Source of the DNA: an uncultured archaeon
GTDB taxonomy: Archaea > Asgardarchaeota > Lokiarchaeia > Sigyniarchaeales > SOKP01
Assembly (NCBI GenBank): GCA_964583985.1
Contig: CAZOYD010000016.1
Span: 1 to 53,315 of the forward strand
Direction: 5' to 3'
Length of the DNA stretch: 53,315 nt
Part shown: in pieces, positions 1 through 10,223 of the stretch
Layout: every line of letters starts with the position of its first letter
How positions within the stretch are numbered: position 1 is the stretch's first letter
Position numbers and translations under genes: made by a program
The notes under the pieces: generated by a model
The model's database searches: none
What the model saw: only the letters and a program-made list of their open reading frames with translations
What the model was told of the DNA's origin: nothing

Positions 1-221
1 GATTTTATCAAAAATTTCTAAGAATCCCCGTTTTAAAATCATTTGTTAATTGGTTTGCCAATAAATTTAATCTCCATATCCTGCATCAAGATAGAGCAGT
101 GGTTTTAACGCAACAACCAATTAAAACTCAATTAAAGATGGGGGAAAAGCTTATACAGGGCGATAATCCCATTATGTACTATCGTCGTAGAAGAGAAGAA
201 TTACTTGCAAAAAATAATTAA
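1..221 (+). CDS. 3' end of a probable Rieske non-heme iron oxygenase alpha-subunit-like protein (partial, runs off window)
   Basis: Frame 3 is open from the window edge to TAA 219-221: FYQKFLRIPVLKSFVNWFANKFNLHILHQDRAVVLTQQPIKTQLKMGEKLIQGDNPIMYYRRRREELLAKNN. QDxxVxxxQ...GDxPIxxYRR resembles the C-terminus of VanA/CAO-type oxygenases. Not in the ORF track. Confidence 0.55.
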   Translation, partial: FYQKFLRIPVLKSFVNWFANKFNLHILHQDRAVVLTQQPIKTQLKMGEKLIQGDNPIMYYRRRREELLAKNN

Positions 222-318
222 TTCTCGCGTTATTTTTCAATTTTCATTATTTTTTTTATGGTTTATGAATTTTCACTTGAGGAAAAACTACAGTTTAAGC
301 TCATCTTAAATACTTAGA

Positions 319-1086
319 TTATTTTCTGTTTAAGAAAGAATTTAATCTTTTTTTTGGTTCTCCCGAGTTAAAACATTCTTGAAAAGCCTCACCTTCAAAT
401 TGAAATCCTTCGAGATTATTATAAATCCCCATCTGAATTAACTGCTTACTTAATGCAATGGCCTTACCAGAGTTTTGAATCATCGATTCGGCTAAGATTT
501 TAACTCGATCTTCAATTTCTTTTAATGATACTATTTCATTAATTAAACCAATTTTTAGAGCTTCTTGAGCATCGATAATTTTCGAAGTAAATATGAGTTC
601 TTTGGCTTTTAAAGCACCAACTAAACGCACTAATCTTTGAGTTGCTCCTGCAGCGGGAGTCATCCCCCATTTAGTTTCAACTTGTCCAAATCTTGCATTA
701 TCAGCAGCAATTATGAGATCTGCGCATAACATCAATTCAAATCCAGCAGTAAGATTCAAACCCTTTATCGAAGCTATTACGGGGATCGAAAGGTTTTCAA
801 ATTTAGTGAAAATTTTCTGTAAAGTTCTTGTCATATCCTTAGCTTTAACTCTATCTAAAGTTATTAACCATTTTATATCAAGTCCAACAGTAAAAATATC
901 TTCTAGCGCAGTGGAAATTACTAAAACACGAATATCTTCCAAGTTTTGTGAAATATCTTCATCAAAAATGTGATTTAATTCTCGAACCACATCAAGATCA
1001 AAAGCATTTTTCTTATCAGGATTATTTAAGTAAAGCCAAAAAATTTTGTTTTCGAGTATGGTTATCCAGAATTTATATTGGTTCAT
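319..1086 (-). CDS. Enoyl-CoA hydratase/isomerase (crotonase family)
   Basis: LNNPDKKNA, GLDI, AGFELMLCADLIIA, FGQVETKWGMTPAAGATQRL motifs. Confidence 0.9.
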   Translation of the reverse strand: MNQYKFWITILENKIFWLYLNNPDKKNAFDLDVVRELNHIFDEDISQNLEDIRVLVISTALEDIFTVGLDIKWLITLDRVKAKDMTRTLQKIFTKFENLSIPVIASIKGLNLTAGFELMLCADLIIAADNARFGQVETKWGMTPAAGATQRLVRLVGALKAKELIFTSKIIDAQEALKIGLINEIVSLKEIEDRVKILAESMIQNSGKAIALSKQLIQMGIYNNLEGFQFEGEAFQECFNSGEPKKRLNSFLNRK

Positions 1087-1205
1087 TTTTTTTTCAGTGG
1101 TTTGATTTAGTTATTAATTAGTCATTAATGTTGAATATTTATTGAAACTTAATATTTGTTCATTAATTATTTCCTATATTACAAGGGTTACTAAGGTAAT
1201 AGAAA

Positions 1206-2036
1206 TTGAATTATATAGAAAAGGAATTGGATATAGTTAAAAAAACGGCAAAACCAAACACCACGGAATCACTTAAAGATGATTTAAACTCCTTAGGATT
1301 AAAACAAGGGGCTATAGTCATCGTGCACAGTTCATTAAGCAAAATTGGTTGGACAGTAGGAGGACCAGTAACCGTGATTGATGCATTAATGGAGCTGATT
1401 ACTCCAAAAGGTACTTTAATAATGCCTACTTTCAGTTCAGGAAATACCGAACCATCAGGGTGGCAATATCCTCCCGTTCCAAAAGATTGGTGGCCAACAA
1501 TTCGAAACTCCATTCCAGCATTTCATCCAGACAAAATACCTACGAGAGGTATGGGGACTATTTCAGAAACATTTAGGAAATATCCAAATGTGATTCGAAG
1601 TAATCATCCGACTACATCCTTTGCAGCATGGGGTAAACACGCAAAAAAAATAATTAAAGATCACCCATTAGAAAATGATCTTGGTGTAGATTCCCCTATT
1701 GGAAAAGTTTATAAATTGAATGGTCAAGTTTTATTATTGGGGGTTCCGCATTTAAACAATAGTTCCTTACATCTTGCAGAATATTTATGTGAATATCCAG
1801 GAAAAAATTATATCGATATTGGATCAGCTATTAATGTAAATAAAAAGAGGAGATGGGTAATTTGGAAAGAATTAGAAAATATAAGTGATGATTTTGATGA
1901 TCTTGGACTTGATTATGAACAATCGATAAATTATCACCCTCAAAAAGTAGGTCAAGCAATTTCTAGATTATTGTCTCAACGAGATATAGTCGATTTTGCA
2001 GTCAAGTGGATGATGGAAAACAGAAGTTTTGATTAA
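1206..2036 (+). CDS. AAC(3)/YokD-family N-acetyltransferase
   Basis: VIVHSSLSKIGW, GTLIMPTFS, RSNHPTTSFAAWG, LLLGV, LHLAE motifs; TTG start. Confidence 0.9.
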   Translation: MNYIEKELDIVKKTAKPNTTESLKDDLNSLGLKQGAIVIVHSSLSKIGWTVGGPVTVIDALMELITPKGTLIMPTFSSGNTEPSGWQYPPVPKDWWPTIRNSIPAFHPDKIPTRGMGTISETFRKYPNVIRSNHPTTSFAAWGKHAKKIIKDHPLENDLGVDSPIGKVYKLNGQVLLLGVPHLNNSSLHLAEYLCEYPGKNYIDIGSAINVNKKRRWVIWKELENISDDFDDLGLDYEQSINYHPQKVGQAISRLLSQRDIVDFAVKWMMENRSFD

Positions 2037-2062
2037 TGTAATTATTTTGATATTTCTCTTTA

Positions 2063-3550
2063 TCAAATTTGACTTCTTTTTAGTCTAAAATCCACGTATT
2101 CACATACCTTTGCTAAAGCATTTACTGGACGATCCCAAAACTTAAATAATATCGCTCCATTATTGCGTATACGTTTAGACCACGGACTATCAAACCTCAT
2201 TGGACTGACGTACAGAATTGGAACAGAATATTTTTTGGAATTCTTTAAAGTCGGTTGGAGCAATTTTGAAGCTATTTTATCTTGTTCTTCATCTGAAATG
2301 GATGAAAAGTCAGCATGTTTGGCAATCTCCTCATTTTCTAAATAATCATCCATGACATCTTGAAATCCAACAACACCATATTGGATTATGGCATCAATTT
2401 CTCCGGATCTCATTAAAATTTCTGGTAATGTAATATAAAAATATGGTAAATTCATGTCAAAAGTGCAATCAATGGGATTTTTATAACTTGCGGTTGAGGG
2501 TAATAGAGCTTTAAGTTCATCTTGCAAATTCTTTGATAATTCAGGAACAACTAGCCCATGTTGCTCAGCATTGTTTGCAACCATGGCACCAGGACCACCA
2601 GAATTGGTAATAATTCCAAGACGATTTCCCTTAGGTAAAATTCCTTTTGATAAAATTAGTGCTATATCTAAGAAATCTTGAACATAATCCGTTTTTATTA
2701 TTCCAGCTTCTTTAAAAACAGATTTATATATCTTTGAGTTTCCTGCAAGTGAGCCGGTATGACTTTGCAATGCTCGATTACCAGCTTCAGAACCTCCTAC
2801 GTATATTCCTATAATTGGTTTTACGGGAGTTATTTGTTTACATAATTTTAAAAATTTCTTTCCTCTTTTTAACTCCTCAATATATAAACCTATAACTTTC
2901 GTTTCAGGATCATCCTTATAATATTCCAGACAATCTACCATATCAATATTAGCTTCATTTCCAATTGAAAGACTCTTGCATAACCCTAAATCTGTATCAT
3001 CAGGAGCAAACCAAATATGAGAACTCAAGGTTCCCGACTGCGAAGCGATGGAAAAATTCCCTTTTCGAATATGCTCCCATATTGCTATGTTAAATGCATT
3101 ATTTTCATTTTCTGGCTCGAAAAAATTGTTAAACACCCCTAAACAATTAGGGCCAATAAATCTCATCCCATACTGATCAGCAATCCTACAAATTTGTTCG
3201 GTTAAATTATTTTCCCGATCATCGATTAATTCTCGAAATCCTCCAGAGATTAAAATTATTTTTTTAGTGCCTTTTTCACCGATTTCTTTAAAAATACTAG
3301 GGACAATCTCAGCCGGGAGCACAACTACTACCAAATCAGGGATTTCTGGAAGATCCCCGATTGATTTATATGCTTTAAATCCCATAACTGAATCCAATTT
3401 CAAATGAATTGGATATACATTTCCCTTATACCCCGATTTAATCAAATTCATTATTTGGATTGATGCCAAAGAACCACCCTTGTTGTTAGCACCATAAAAA
3501 GCAATCGAAGAAGGATTTAAAAACCCGTGAATGAAGTGATTTTTACTCAT
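2063..3550 (-). CDS. Acyl-CoA synthetase (ADP-forming) alpha-subunit-like, CoA-binding
   Basis: NPSSIAFYGA, GPNCLG, SQSG, SHTGSLAG (phospho-His), TNSGGPG, NPID. Confidence 0.88.
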   Translation of the reverse strand: MSKNHFIHGFLNPSSIAFYGANNKGGSLASIQIMNLIKSGYKGNVYPIHLKLDSVMGFKAYKSIGDLPEIPDLVVVVLPAEIVPSIFKEIGEKGTKKIILISGGFRELIDDRENNLTEQICRIADQYGMRFIGPNCLGVFNNFFEPENENNAFNIAIWEHIRKGNFSIASQSGTLSSHIWFAPDDTDLGLCKSLSIGNEANIDMVDCLEYYKDDPETKVIGLYIEELKRGKKFLKLCKQITPVKPIIGIYVGGSEAGNRALQSHTGSLAGNSKIYKSVFKEAGIIKTDYVQDFLDIALILSKGILPKGNRLGIITNSGGPGAMVANNAEQHGLVVPELSKNLQDELKALLPSTASYKNPIDCTFDMNLPYFYITLPEILMRSGEIDAIIQYGVVGFQDVMDDYLENEEIAKHADFSSISDEEQDKIASKLLQPTLKNSKKYSVPILYVSPMRFDSPWSKRIRNNGAILFKFWDRPVNALAKVCEYVDFRLKRSQI

Positions 3551-3641
3551 GAGTTTTCACTTATATTTTAAAACATGAGATCATTTTAAAACCTAAACGC
3601 TTAATTTGACATTATTTGTCCATTAGTAATTGGGATACAAT

Positions 3642-4532
3642 ATGAAAGATATTGAATTTAAGCTTAGAAACTTACTTATTGAGATTTTTGATACTCACTT
3701 GCTTAATAGATTACCTGCTAATTATGGGGGAGGGAAAATTTTTTCAGATCCAATTTTTGGTGTATCGCAAGGAGACGACACGATTTTTCATAAATTTAAA
3801 GAGGTTGTGGGATCGGAACACTTTACACCATTGGAATTGTGGAATGCAAATGGACTTACAGAAAGAGTGGAAAATATTAAAATCATATCTATTATTTTCC
3901 CATACAGTAAAATTATTCGTGAAGCGAGTAAAAGCGCTGATAAAATTCCCTCTGATGAATACTGTATTGGGCGAAATCAAGCTGATAGATTTATGGATGT
4001 AGTATTAAAGGAAGTAATAAAATTTCTTCAAAAGGAAGGATTTCTGGCAACATGTGGAATGCTTAGCGATGCATTTAACGTTAAAACGGGGCGAAAAATA
4101 TATTCAAATTGGTCAGAACGACATGTTGCGTTTGCAGCGGGTCTTGGAACATTTAGTCTTCATGAGGGATTAATCACTGAAGTTGGTTGCAACGTGCGGA
4201 TAACATCTGTCCTCACAAATGCTCCTATGATAATAACTAAAAGAAAAAGTGATGATCCTTATGGAAACTGTCTTTTTTATTCTAAAGGAATTTGTAAAAA
4301 ATGTATTGAGAGATGTCCTGCAAACGCTATTACTGAAGAAGGGCATGATAAGTTTAAATGTGCAGAATATGGTCGCTATATAAGAGAAAGTGTATTAAAA
4401 AGGTTAATAACATATATTAAACCAAAATGGACCCGTTTTAATGGTGTCTTAAGAAAACGTCAACCACCAGTTGGTTGTGCTTTTTGTCAGTTTGATGTAC
4501 CTTGTATGGGAGAAAATCCTACTTTAAAATAA
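3642..4532 (+). CDS. QueG/epoxyqueuosine reductase-like 4Fe-4S protein
   Basis: WSERHVAFAAGLGTF; CLFYSKGICKKCIERCP and CAFCQFDVPC cluster motifs. ATG 3642 preferred over TTG 3630. Confidence 0.75.
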   Translation: MKDIEFKLRNLLIEIFDTHLLNRLPANYGGGKIFSDPIFGVSQGDDTIFHKFKEVVGSEHFTPLELWNANGLTERVENIKIISIIFPYSKIIREASKSADKIPSDEYCIGRNQADRFMDVVLKEVIKFLQKEGFLATCGMLSDAFNVKTGRKIYSNWSERHVAFAAGLGTFSLHEGLITEVGCNVRITSVLTNAPMIITKRKSDDPYGNCLFYSKGICKKCIERCPANAITEEGHDKFKCAEYGRYIRESVLKRLITYIKPKWTRFNGVLRKRQPPVGCAFCQFDVPCMGENPTLK

Positions 4533-4646
4533 TATTGTATACTTTAAAATTAACTAATTACTCTATGATTTTAGGTATGCCTAAATTTAAATATAATTTC
4601 ATCTATATATTACTTAGAATAAAATAATTAATTTAAGGCGGAAAAC

Positions 4647-5588
4647 ATAAAGATATTAATATACGGAGCAGGTGTTATTGGGAGTATTTTTGCTTACACA
4701 CTAAAGAGTGGTGGGATTGATACGTCGATACTTGCCAGGGGAAAACGTTTGGAAGATTTAAAACAACACGGACTTATCATCCAAGATGATATTTTTAATA
4801 AGGAATATAAAACAGATATTAATGTTGTAGAAAAACTAGAAAAAGATGATTTTTATGACATTATTCTAGTAATTATGCAAAGACAGCAGGTTAGTCAGAT
4901 TTTACCCATTCTGAAGGTTAATATCAGCCCCATCATAATATTTACGGGAAATAATCCAGCTGGAGCAGCAGAATATTTAAAATTCATAGAAAAAGAGAGA
5001 ATTCTTCTTGGATTTGGTGGTCCTGGGGGATATAAAGAAGATTTCAAAATAATCGCTGCTTATGTTGAAAATGCAATACTGTATGTTGGAGAACTCGACG
5101 GAACGATCAGTGAGCGTGTACAAACAATCGAGAGGGAATTTACAACGGCGGGGATCAAGGTTGATTTAGTTGGAAATATTGATTCTTGGCTCAAAACACA
5201 CATGGCTTTAATTGCTCCATTAGCAATGGGTGGTTATGCTGCAAGGAATCGAAATACAACACTTGGAAACGATATAGAACTTGTTAACCTGGCAATTAAA
5301 GGATTTAGAGAAAGTGTCAAAGCATTAAAGGATTTGAATTTCACTATTCTACCTAAGAAATTTAAAATTCTTTCTTGGATACCTAAATCAATTATAAGGA
5401 AAAAGATTGTAAAACTCACGAATTCTGAATTTGGGAGAATCGCGTTATCAGGACATGCACATGCTGCAAAAGAAGAGATGAAGAGAATCACTGACGATTT
5501 TTTAAATATCATAAAAAAAGCTAAGACTGAAATGAATGCAAACCAGAAGCTCTATGAATTGAGTTTTGGTTTAACTCAAACAAATTAA
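4647..5588 (+). CDS. Ketopantoate reductase (PanE/ApbA) family oxidoreductase
   Basis: The frame extends upstream of the tracked start (4749) to include the Rossmann motif IKILIYGAGVIGS. The start is placed at ATA 4647 because no ATG/GTG/TTG lies between stop 4629-4631 and that motif. Confidence 0.75.
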   Translation: MKILIYGAGVIGSIFAYTLKSGGIDTSILARGKRLEDLKQHGLIIQDDIFNKEYKTDINVVEKLEKDDFYDIILVIMQRQQVSQILPILKVNISPIIIFTGNNPAGAAEYLKFIEKERILLGFGGPGGYKEDFKIIAAYVENAILYVGELDGTISERVQTIEREFTTAGIKVDLVGNIDSWLKTHMALIAPLAMGGYAARNRNTTLGNDIELVNLAIKGFRESVKALKDLNFTILPKKFKILSWIPKSIIRKKIVKLTNSEFGRIALSGHAHAAKEEMKRITDDFLNIIKKAKTEMNANQKLYELSFGLTQTN

Positions 5589-5747
5589 AAATTTTTATTT
5601 ATTTGTTGTTGTATTTGTTGTTTTTCTGCTAGATTTTATTAAAAAGCTATCTTTGATGGATATCAAAGAGATCTATTATTATTCTTTGCTTGTAAATCTT
5701 TTTTAACGATGTATTTTTAAGATATTGAAACAAATAGGGGAATTTAC

Positions 5748-6926
5748 ATGAAGATCTTCTTAAGTTATACTAGTAAAGATCAAAATGAATTTAAGATTGA
5801 GGAAATCGTTGATTTCTTAGAATATCAAGATGAAATTGAACAAGTATATTATTGGGAAAGGGATACAAGGGGAGGTCAGACCTTTGACGACTATATGGCG
5901 ACTAATATCAAAGAGAGTGATCTGGTGATCGTGTTATTTACCCAAAATACTATAGATTCCATTCCAGTCATACAAGAAATTGGAATGGCAAAAGCATTCC
6001 ATAAAAAAATAATGCCAGTCTTTGTAAAGGTCGAGAATATTTTTGCAAATATCAAATCTAGCAGAGGAGTTCGCTACCAGCAAGATTTCCGAACGTTTTG
6101 CGAAGATTTATATTTTAAAATAACTAAAAAGAATGCTAAATTTAAAGAAAAAAATCCACTGATGGATTTACGGTATCAAATGCATCAAAATTTCGTATTT
6201 AATAAGTTAAATTATGTAGAACCTGAATTTAGAGCAATATTGGACGTAGATGAGAACGGTATCGAAGAAGAAACTCCTTTAATTAGTTATAGAATATTTA
6301 ATTTCATTATTTTTGATCCCCTCAATAGGGGTTCATTGAATATTGTGATAGGCCCCCCAAGTTCAGGAAAATCTGTTCTCTTAGCTTCATTAAAATATGA
6401 TATTCTTCATCGAGAGCAACTCTCTAGTTATATTCCTTATTTAATCAATGCGGTGGATTTAAAATTAGAAAAAGAAAACATTCTACCCGCTATATATGAA
6501 TATATTTTACCAAACACCGAAAATCGATATTTTTCATATTTAGAGGAAAGTTTCAAATCAGGAAAAGGTATCTTATTAGTTGATGGCTTAAAAGGAAGTA
6601 AGGAGCCAACAACCATACTAAATATGCTTTACGATTTTACCCTTTCATATAATGCGCGAGTGATAATAACTTGTCTTCCCATCATTAAAGAATATATAAC
6701 AAGACTCTCACTGGCTAAAGAAAGATCTCACATTTATGAATTGAATACTTTCAAACCGTCCTCATTGTTTGAATGGATAGTATTGAATAAAAATAATTTT
6801 GATCAAACTCGTAATTTCCAAGCGGCTCAAATTTATTTTGTTTTAAAGAATAAAGTTAGAGAGAAGGAAGAAAATGGAGAACCAGTTCTTCTCCCGTTAT
6901 TAATGCAAGAATTTACACTCAATTAA
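5748..6926 (+). CDS. TIR domain fused to NACHT/STAND-like P-loop NTPase
   Basis: N-terminal KIFLSY...SDLVIVLFT...VIQEIGMA...IMPVF (TIR); Walker A GPPSSGKS; Walker B ILLVDG; RVIITC sensor-1-like strand. Confidence 0.8.
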   Translation: MKIFLSYTSKDQNEFKIEEIVDFLEYQDEIEQVYYWERDTRGGQTFDDYMATNIKESDLVIVLFTQNTIDSIPVIQEIGMAKAFHKKIMPVFVKVENIFANIKSSRGVRYQQDFRTFCEDLYFKITKKNAKFKEKNPLMDLRYQMHQNFVFNKLNYVEPEFRAILDVDENGIEEETPLISYRIFNFIIFDPLNRGSLNIVIGPPSSGKSVLLASLKYDILHREQLSSYIPYLINAVDLKLEKENILPAIYEYILPNTENRYFSYLEESFKSGKGILLVDGLKGSKEPTTILNMLYDFTLSYNARVIITCLPIIKEYITRLSLAKERSHIYELNTFKPSSLFEWIVLNKNNFDQTRNFQAAQIYFVLKNKVREKEENGEPVLLPLLMQEFTLN

Positions 6927-7018
6927 ACATATAAAAAATAAGCTTAAGAGTTTGAAAAACTTATAATTAGGTCAAGCATTAATTTTAAAATAATAATTAT
7001 TCGAAGTGATAACCAACA

Positions 7019-7309
7019 ATGGGAGAAAAAGAAGAAAAAAAGGAAAATTTTCTCAACTCATTAAACGATAAGTTCCTTGATTTTGTAGGGAATGCGTTTG
7101 GGGAATCTGGTCGCGATTTCATAGAAGAGACTGGAGAAAAACTTAAAGATTTCTCATCTACATCTATTAAAAAATTCATGGAATTCTCAGATTCAATACT
7201 AGAAAACTTAAAGCTCACTGATAATGAACAAGTCATGAAAGCAAGAGATTCAGTTGAAGACATGCTGAAATCAGCTGGTTTGATTGAAGAAGATGAAGAT
7301 GACTTTTAG
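7019..7309 (+). CDS. Small acidic helical hypothetical protein
   Basis: 96-aa ORF with typical composition filling the gap; no family recognised. Confidence 0.7.
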   Translation: MGEKEEKKENFLNSLNDKFLDFVGNAFGESGRDFIEETGEKLKDFSSTSIKKFMEFSDSILENLKLTDNEQVMKARDSVEDMLKSAGLIEEDEDDF

Positions 7310-7365
7310 AAATTTCAATTAATATTATTAATTTTAAATCTCTTATTTATTTTTGTGAATTTAAG

Positions 7366-8043
7366 TTATAGATAGGGACGATCTTTCATTTTTTTGCGAG
7401 TTCCAAATTTTTTTGCTTGTGAATTCCATCCTAAATTACCCACTTTGATGTAGAGGGTATAAGGCATTATTTTTTTTCCAACAAGTTCTATGGCTTCCTC
7501 TGGAATTATTTCATTTTTAGCTAAAGCGGTAGCGGCAATATCGAATCCATGAATTATATTTTTTGTCATTCTACCAACGTTTTTTAATCCCCTACCAGCA
7601 ATAAAGCCACCCATACCAAGCATTAAAGCGCCTTTCCAATCAAATCCAACTTCTTCAGAAAATATTTTGCAAATTTTTCCTGCAACAAAATTATGTTGTG
7701 TCTCTGGAAAACCACAGTTAATAATGACAGCAAAAGCATGTTTTTTTGAATCCTGAGATAATTCTTTATGATCTCTGATTAATTCTAATGTTTTTATTAC
7801 TCCTGCCGGTAAACAATCTACATAAAGAGGAAATGATAGAATTATAAGATCAGCATCGTCAACCTTCTTTAATAACTTTTGCTGCCCATCATCTTTTCTA
7901 ATAAGTCTATACACAAATTCCTTATCAATTGATAACCCTTTATCTTCCAATTTAAGTAGTAAATTATTACCAATAGAGAAGGAAGCACTAGATGTAGTTT
8001 TCGGGCTTCCTACAAGTAATAATACTTTTTTTAGTTTACTCAT
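7366..8043 (-). CDS. Flavodoxin-like NAD(P)H-dependent FMN reductase family protein
   Basis: LLVGSPK, FPLYVDCLPA, NCGFPE motifs. Confidence 0.8.
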   Translation of the reverse strand: MSKLKKVLLLVGSPKTTSSASFSIGNNLLLKLEDKGLSIDKEFVYRLIRKDDGQQKLLKKVDDADLIILSFPLYVDCLPAGVIKTLELIRDHKELSQDSKKHAFAVIINCGFPETQHNFVAGKICKIFSEEVGFDWKGALMLGMGGFIAGRGLKNVGRMTKNIIHGFDIAATALAKNEIIPEEAIELVGKKIMPYTLYIKVGNLGWNSQAKKFGTRKKMKDRPYL

Positions 8044-8615
8044 AAAAGTTGTTCTACCTCCGCTACAGATTTATTGAAAATATTAATAAAGTACGAAATA
8101 TCTTGATTTTTTAAAAATATAATCGCATTGTGATATGAACTCCACATGTTAATGGAGTTTCTTGCAACTAAAGTCTTAAATATCTCTTCTTGTTCATTGT
8201 CAGGTTTATCCAAGATCCCAATAGCTATCAAAGATTGTTGCTTTTCATATCTCTTATCATGATGCACTTCTCCATCAATCTTCATAAAATAAGGTAAAAC
8301 ACGCGATATTTGGCGATCTAAAGTTTCCTTCAAAATTGAAGAATATCCACCAAATGTAATAGGAGTTATATAAATGATGAGATCACTGTGAACCATTTCT
8401 CTTACAATTGTTTCTTGATAATCTTTAATGATACATTCCCCAGGAGTTTGAACCCAGCAACCGAAACAACCAGTACAATAAGCAAGTTCTATGTCTTCAA
8501 GAATTATAGAATTTATATTCCAATTTAATTTCTTTAGTTCCTTAATCATGGAATCGTGGATCATGGCGGATTCAACATTGTCTTTCTTACATCCATCCAA
8601 AATTAAAGCTTTCAT
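8040..8615 (-). CDS. Flavodoxin / iron-sulfur flavoprotein family protein
   Basis: CTGCFGCWVQTPGECIIKD, TPITFGGYSS; ATGA overlap with the next gene. Confidence 0.85.
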   Translation of the reverse strand: MKALILDGCKKDNVESAMIHDSMIKELKKLNWNINSIILEDIELAYCTGCFGCWVQTPGECIIKDYQETIVREMVHSDLIIYITPITFGGYSSILKETLDRQISRVLPYFMKIDGEVHHDKRYEKQQSLIAIGILDKPDNEQEEIFKTLVARNSINMWSSYHNAIIFLKNQDISYFINIFNKSVAEVEQLL

Positions 8616-8728
8616 ATAGTATTTAATCTTTCTCTCTATATTAATAAGTCATAGCTCAATAATTGAGTTGATAATAATGAAAATTTGGTCAAAAATTAGT
8701 ATTTGAAAAGAATTTGTAATATGTTTAA

Positions 8729-8986
8729 CTATAAAACTTTTGCATTCTTCAAGAATGATTTGATTTCATCTGTAGTTGAGTTGAATAATTCAGAGATCAC
8801 TTGAATAGAAATAACTCCATCCATTCCAGCAGCTTTATAATCCTTGTATAGCTGCACCCAAGTTTCTTTTTGAGCATATCTCTCAGGATGCTCCTTTTGA
8901 ACATGTTTCCAGTACGGATGTTTTAATTCAATTCCACAGTAAGGACAAAATCGTGATTCGGTCTCATCTAGCATAAAAATTACCAT
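8729..8986 (-). CDS. Small protein with C2H2-like zinc finger
   Basis: FCPYC-x8-KHVQKEH; start may be a later Met. Confidence 0.7.
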   Translation of the reverse strand: MVIFMLDETESRFCPYCGIELKHPYWKHVQKEHPERYAQKETWVQLYKDYKAAGMDGVISIQVISELFNSTTDEIKSFLKNAKVL

Positions 8987-9125
8987 ATATGTTATAATTT
9001 GAATATTTATTTCAGAATAATAGTATTAAGAGATTTATTCTTTAAAAATTTTTAATTTCCTAATAATAATATAGATATTATTTCGGGTCTTTTGATCAAT
9101 AAAAAATTTTATTTCATGCACTGAT

Positions 9126-9638
9126 CTACCAGTTTCTTTTTAAATCCTTTTTCGTGAGCTTTCTAACATGATTAACTGCCCATATGACAAATTTATAGCA
9201 AGTCTTTTCCCAAATGTGTTCTTTTTGATATTGAATAAAACCTTCTGGAGTACTGAAATCATATCCACATAACTGAGAGCAAACCACTGTTCCGAATTCT
9301 TTTTCAAAATCGGTGCAATATTTAGATGCCTTTAAGTAGGCAATTGCCATTTGATCGTCATCCATTTTTGTATCACCACCCAATATCACTCCGATTGCAG
9401 CACAAGCTCCTGTAACAGCCCCACACGCTCCTTGCCATCCATTTTTAGCTTTATATCCTCCAAATCCACCAGCTAATGGCATCGCAAGGTTATGAAACAA
9501 GTAAGAGTCTACTCCTAAAACATCCAGAATATTAGTTAAGGTTAATTCACAGCAATTAACTCCTTTTCTCATTTTTGGAAGTGATTCCTTTAAATCTTCT
9601 ATTTTTTCATTAAAAGTATTATCTATATCCTTTTCCAT
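9126..9638 (-). CDS. C_GCAxxG_C_C family putative redox protein
   Basis: NCCE, GGFGG, CGAVTG, GTVVCSQL, late Cys. Confidence 0.85.
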   Translation of the reverse strand: MEKDIDNTFNEKIEDLKESLPKMRKGVNCCELTLTNILDVLGVDSYLFHNLAMPLAGGFGGYKAKNGWQGACGAVTGACAAIGVILGGDTKMDDDQMAIAYLKASKYCTDFEKEFGTVVCSQLCGYDFSTPEGFIQYQKEHIWEKTCYKFVIWAVNHVRKLTKKDLKRNW

Positions 9639-9642
9639 TTAA

Positions 9643-10161
9643 TTACACCTTCTCTGGAGATATATATCCACTATTTAATATAATTTTTGTGGTGAGACGA
9701 GCGACATTTCCCACGAGATCAGAGCAATGCTCCATCATTCCGGACTTGAACGCTTGCTTTAATTCATCTGCGTCCCATAAATTGAATGAACGACCCACTA
9801 ATTTAGTTTGCACATCATGACAACGACAAGTCCCATATTTTTTCACGTATTTATCATGTAACTTTTTTACCATTGCATACGATTTCATAGGTCGATTCAT
9901 GTCTTCAAATTCATCCTTTCCACGACCATAAAGATAACCAATGACCATGGAGCCACCAACAAGAGCTCCACAAGAACCATCTCCTGTTAATCCTAAACCA
10001 TCTGCTAATCCACTCGCCGCTTTAAAAATATCCTCATTCCATATTCCGAGAGCTTCAAAAATCGCAGCTATAGCGGTTTGAGCGCATCCAGTACATTTTT
10101 TCTCATAAGCTTTCCCCAACCTGTATGCTTTTTCTAATATTTCTTCTTTTTGAACAGTCAT
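9643..10161 (-). CDS. C_GCAxxG_C_C family putative redox protein (tandem paralog)
   Basis: GCAQ, CGALVG, GTCRCHDV, late HC. Confidence 0.85.
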   Translation of the reverse strand: MTVQKEEILEKAYRLGKAYEKKCTGCAQTAIAAIFEALGIWNEDIFKAASGLADGLGLTGDGSCGALVGGSMVIGYLYGRGKDEFEDMNRPMKSYAMVKKLHDKYVKKYGTCRCHDVQTKLVGRSFNLWDADELKQAFKSGMMEHCSDLVGNVARLTTKIILNSGYISPEKV

Positions 10162-10223
10162 TATATTATTACTAATGGTTTATTGATTTAAAAATTGTTA
10201 TTAAAATAAAAAAAAGGATTTAA

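Noticed and set aside
1206-2036. Acquired aminoglycoside resistance gene
   Set aside because: No mobile context and composition like its neighbours; the YokD-like family is broad and its substrate cannot be read from sequence.
3642-4532. Reductive dehalogenase
   Set aside because: No Tat signal or RdhB anchor, and it is short; a QueG-like assignment is more conservative.
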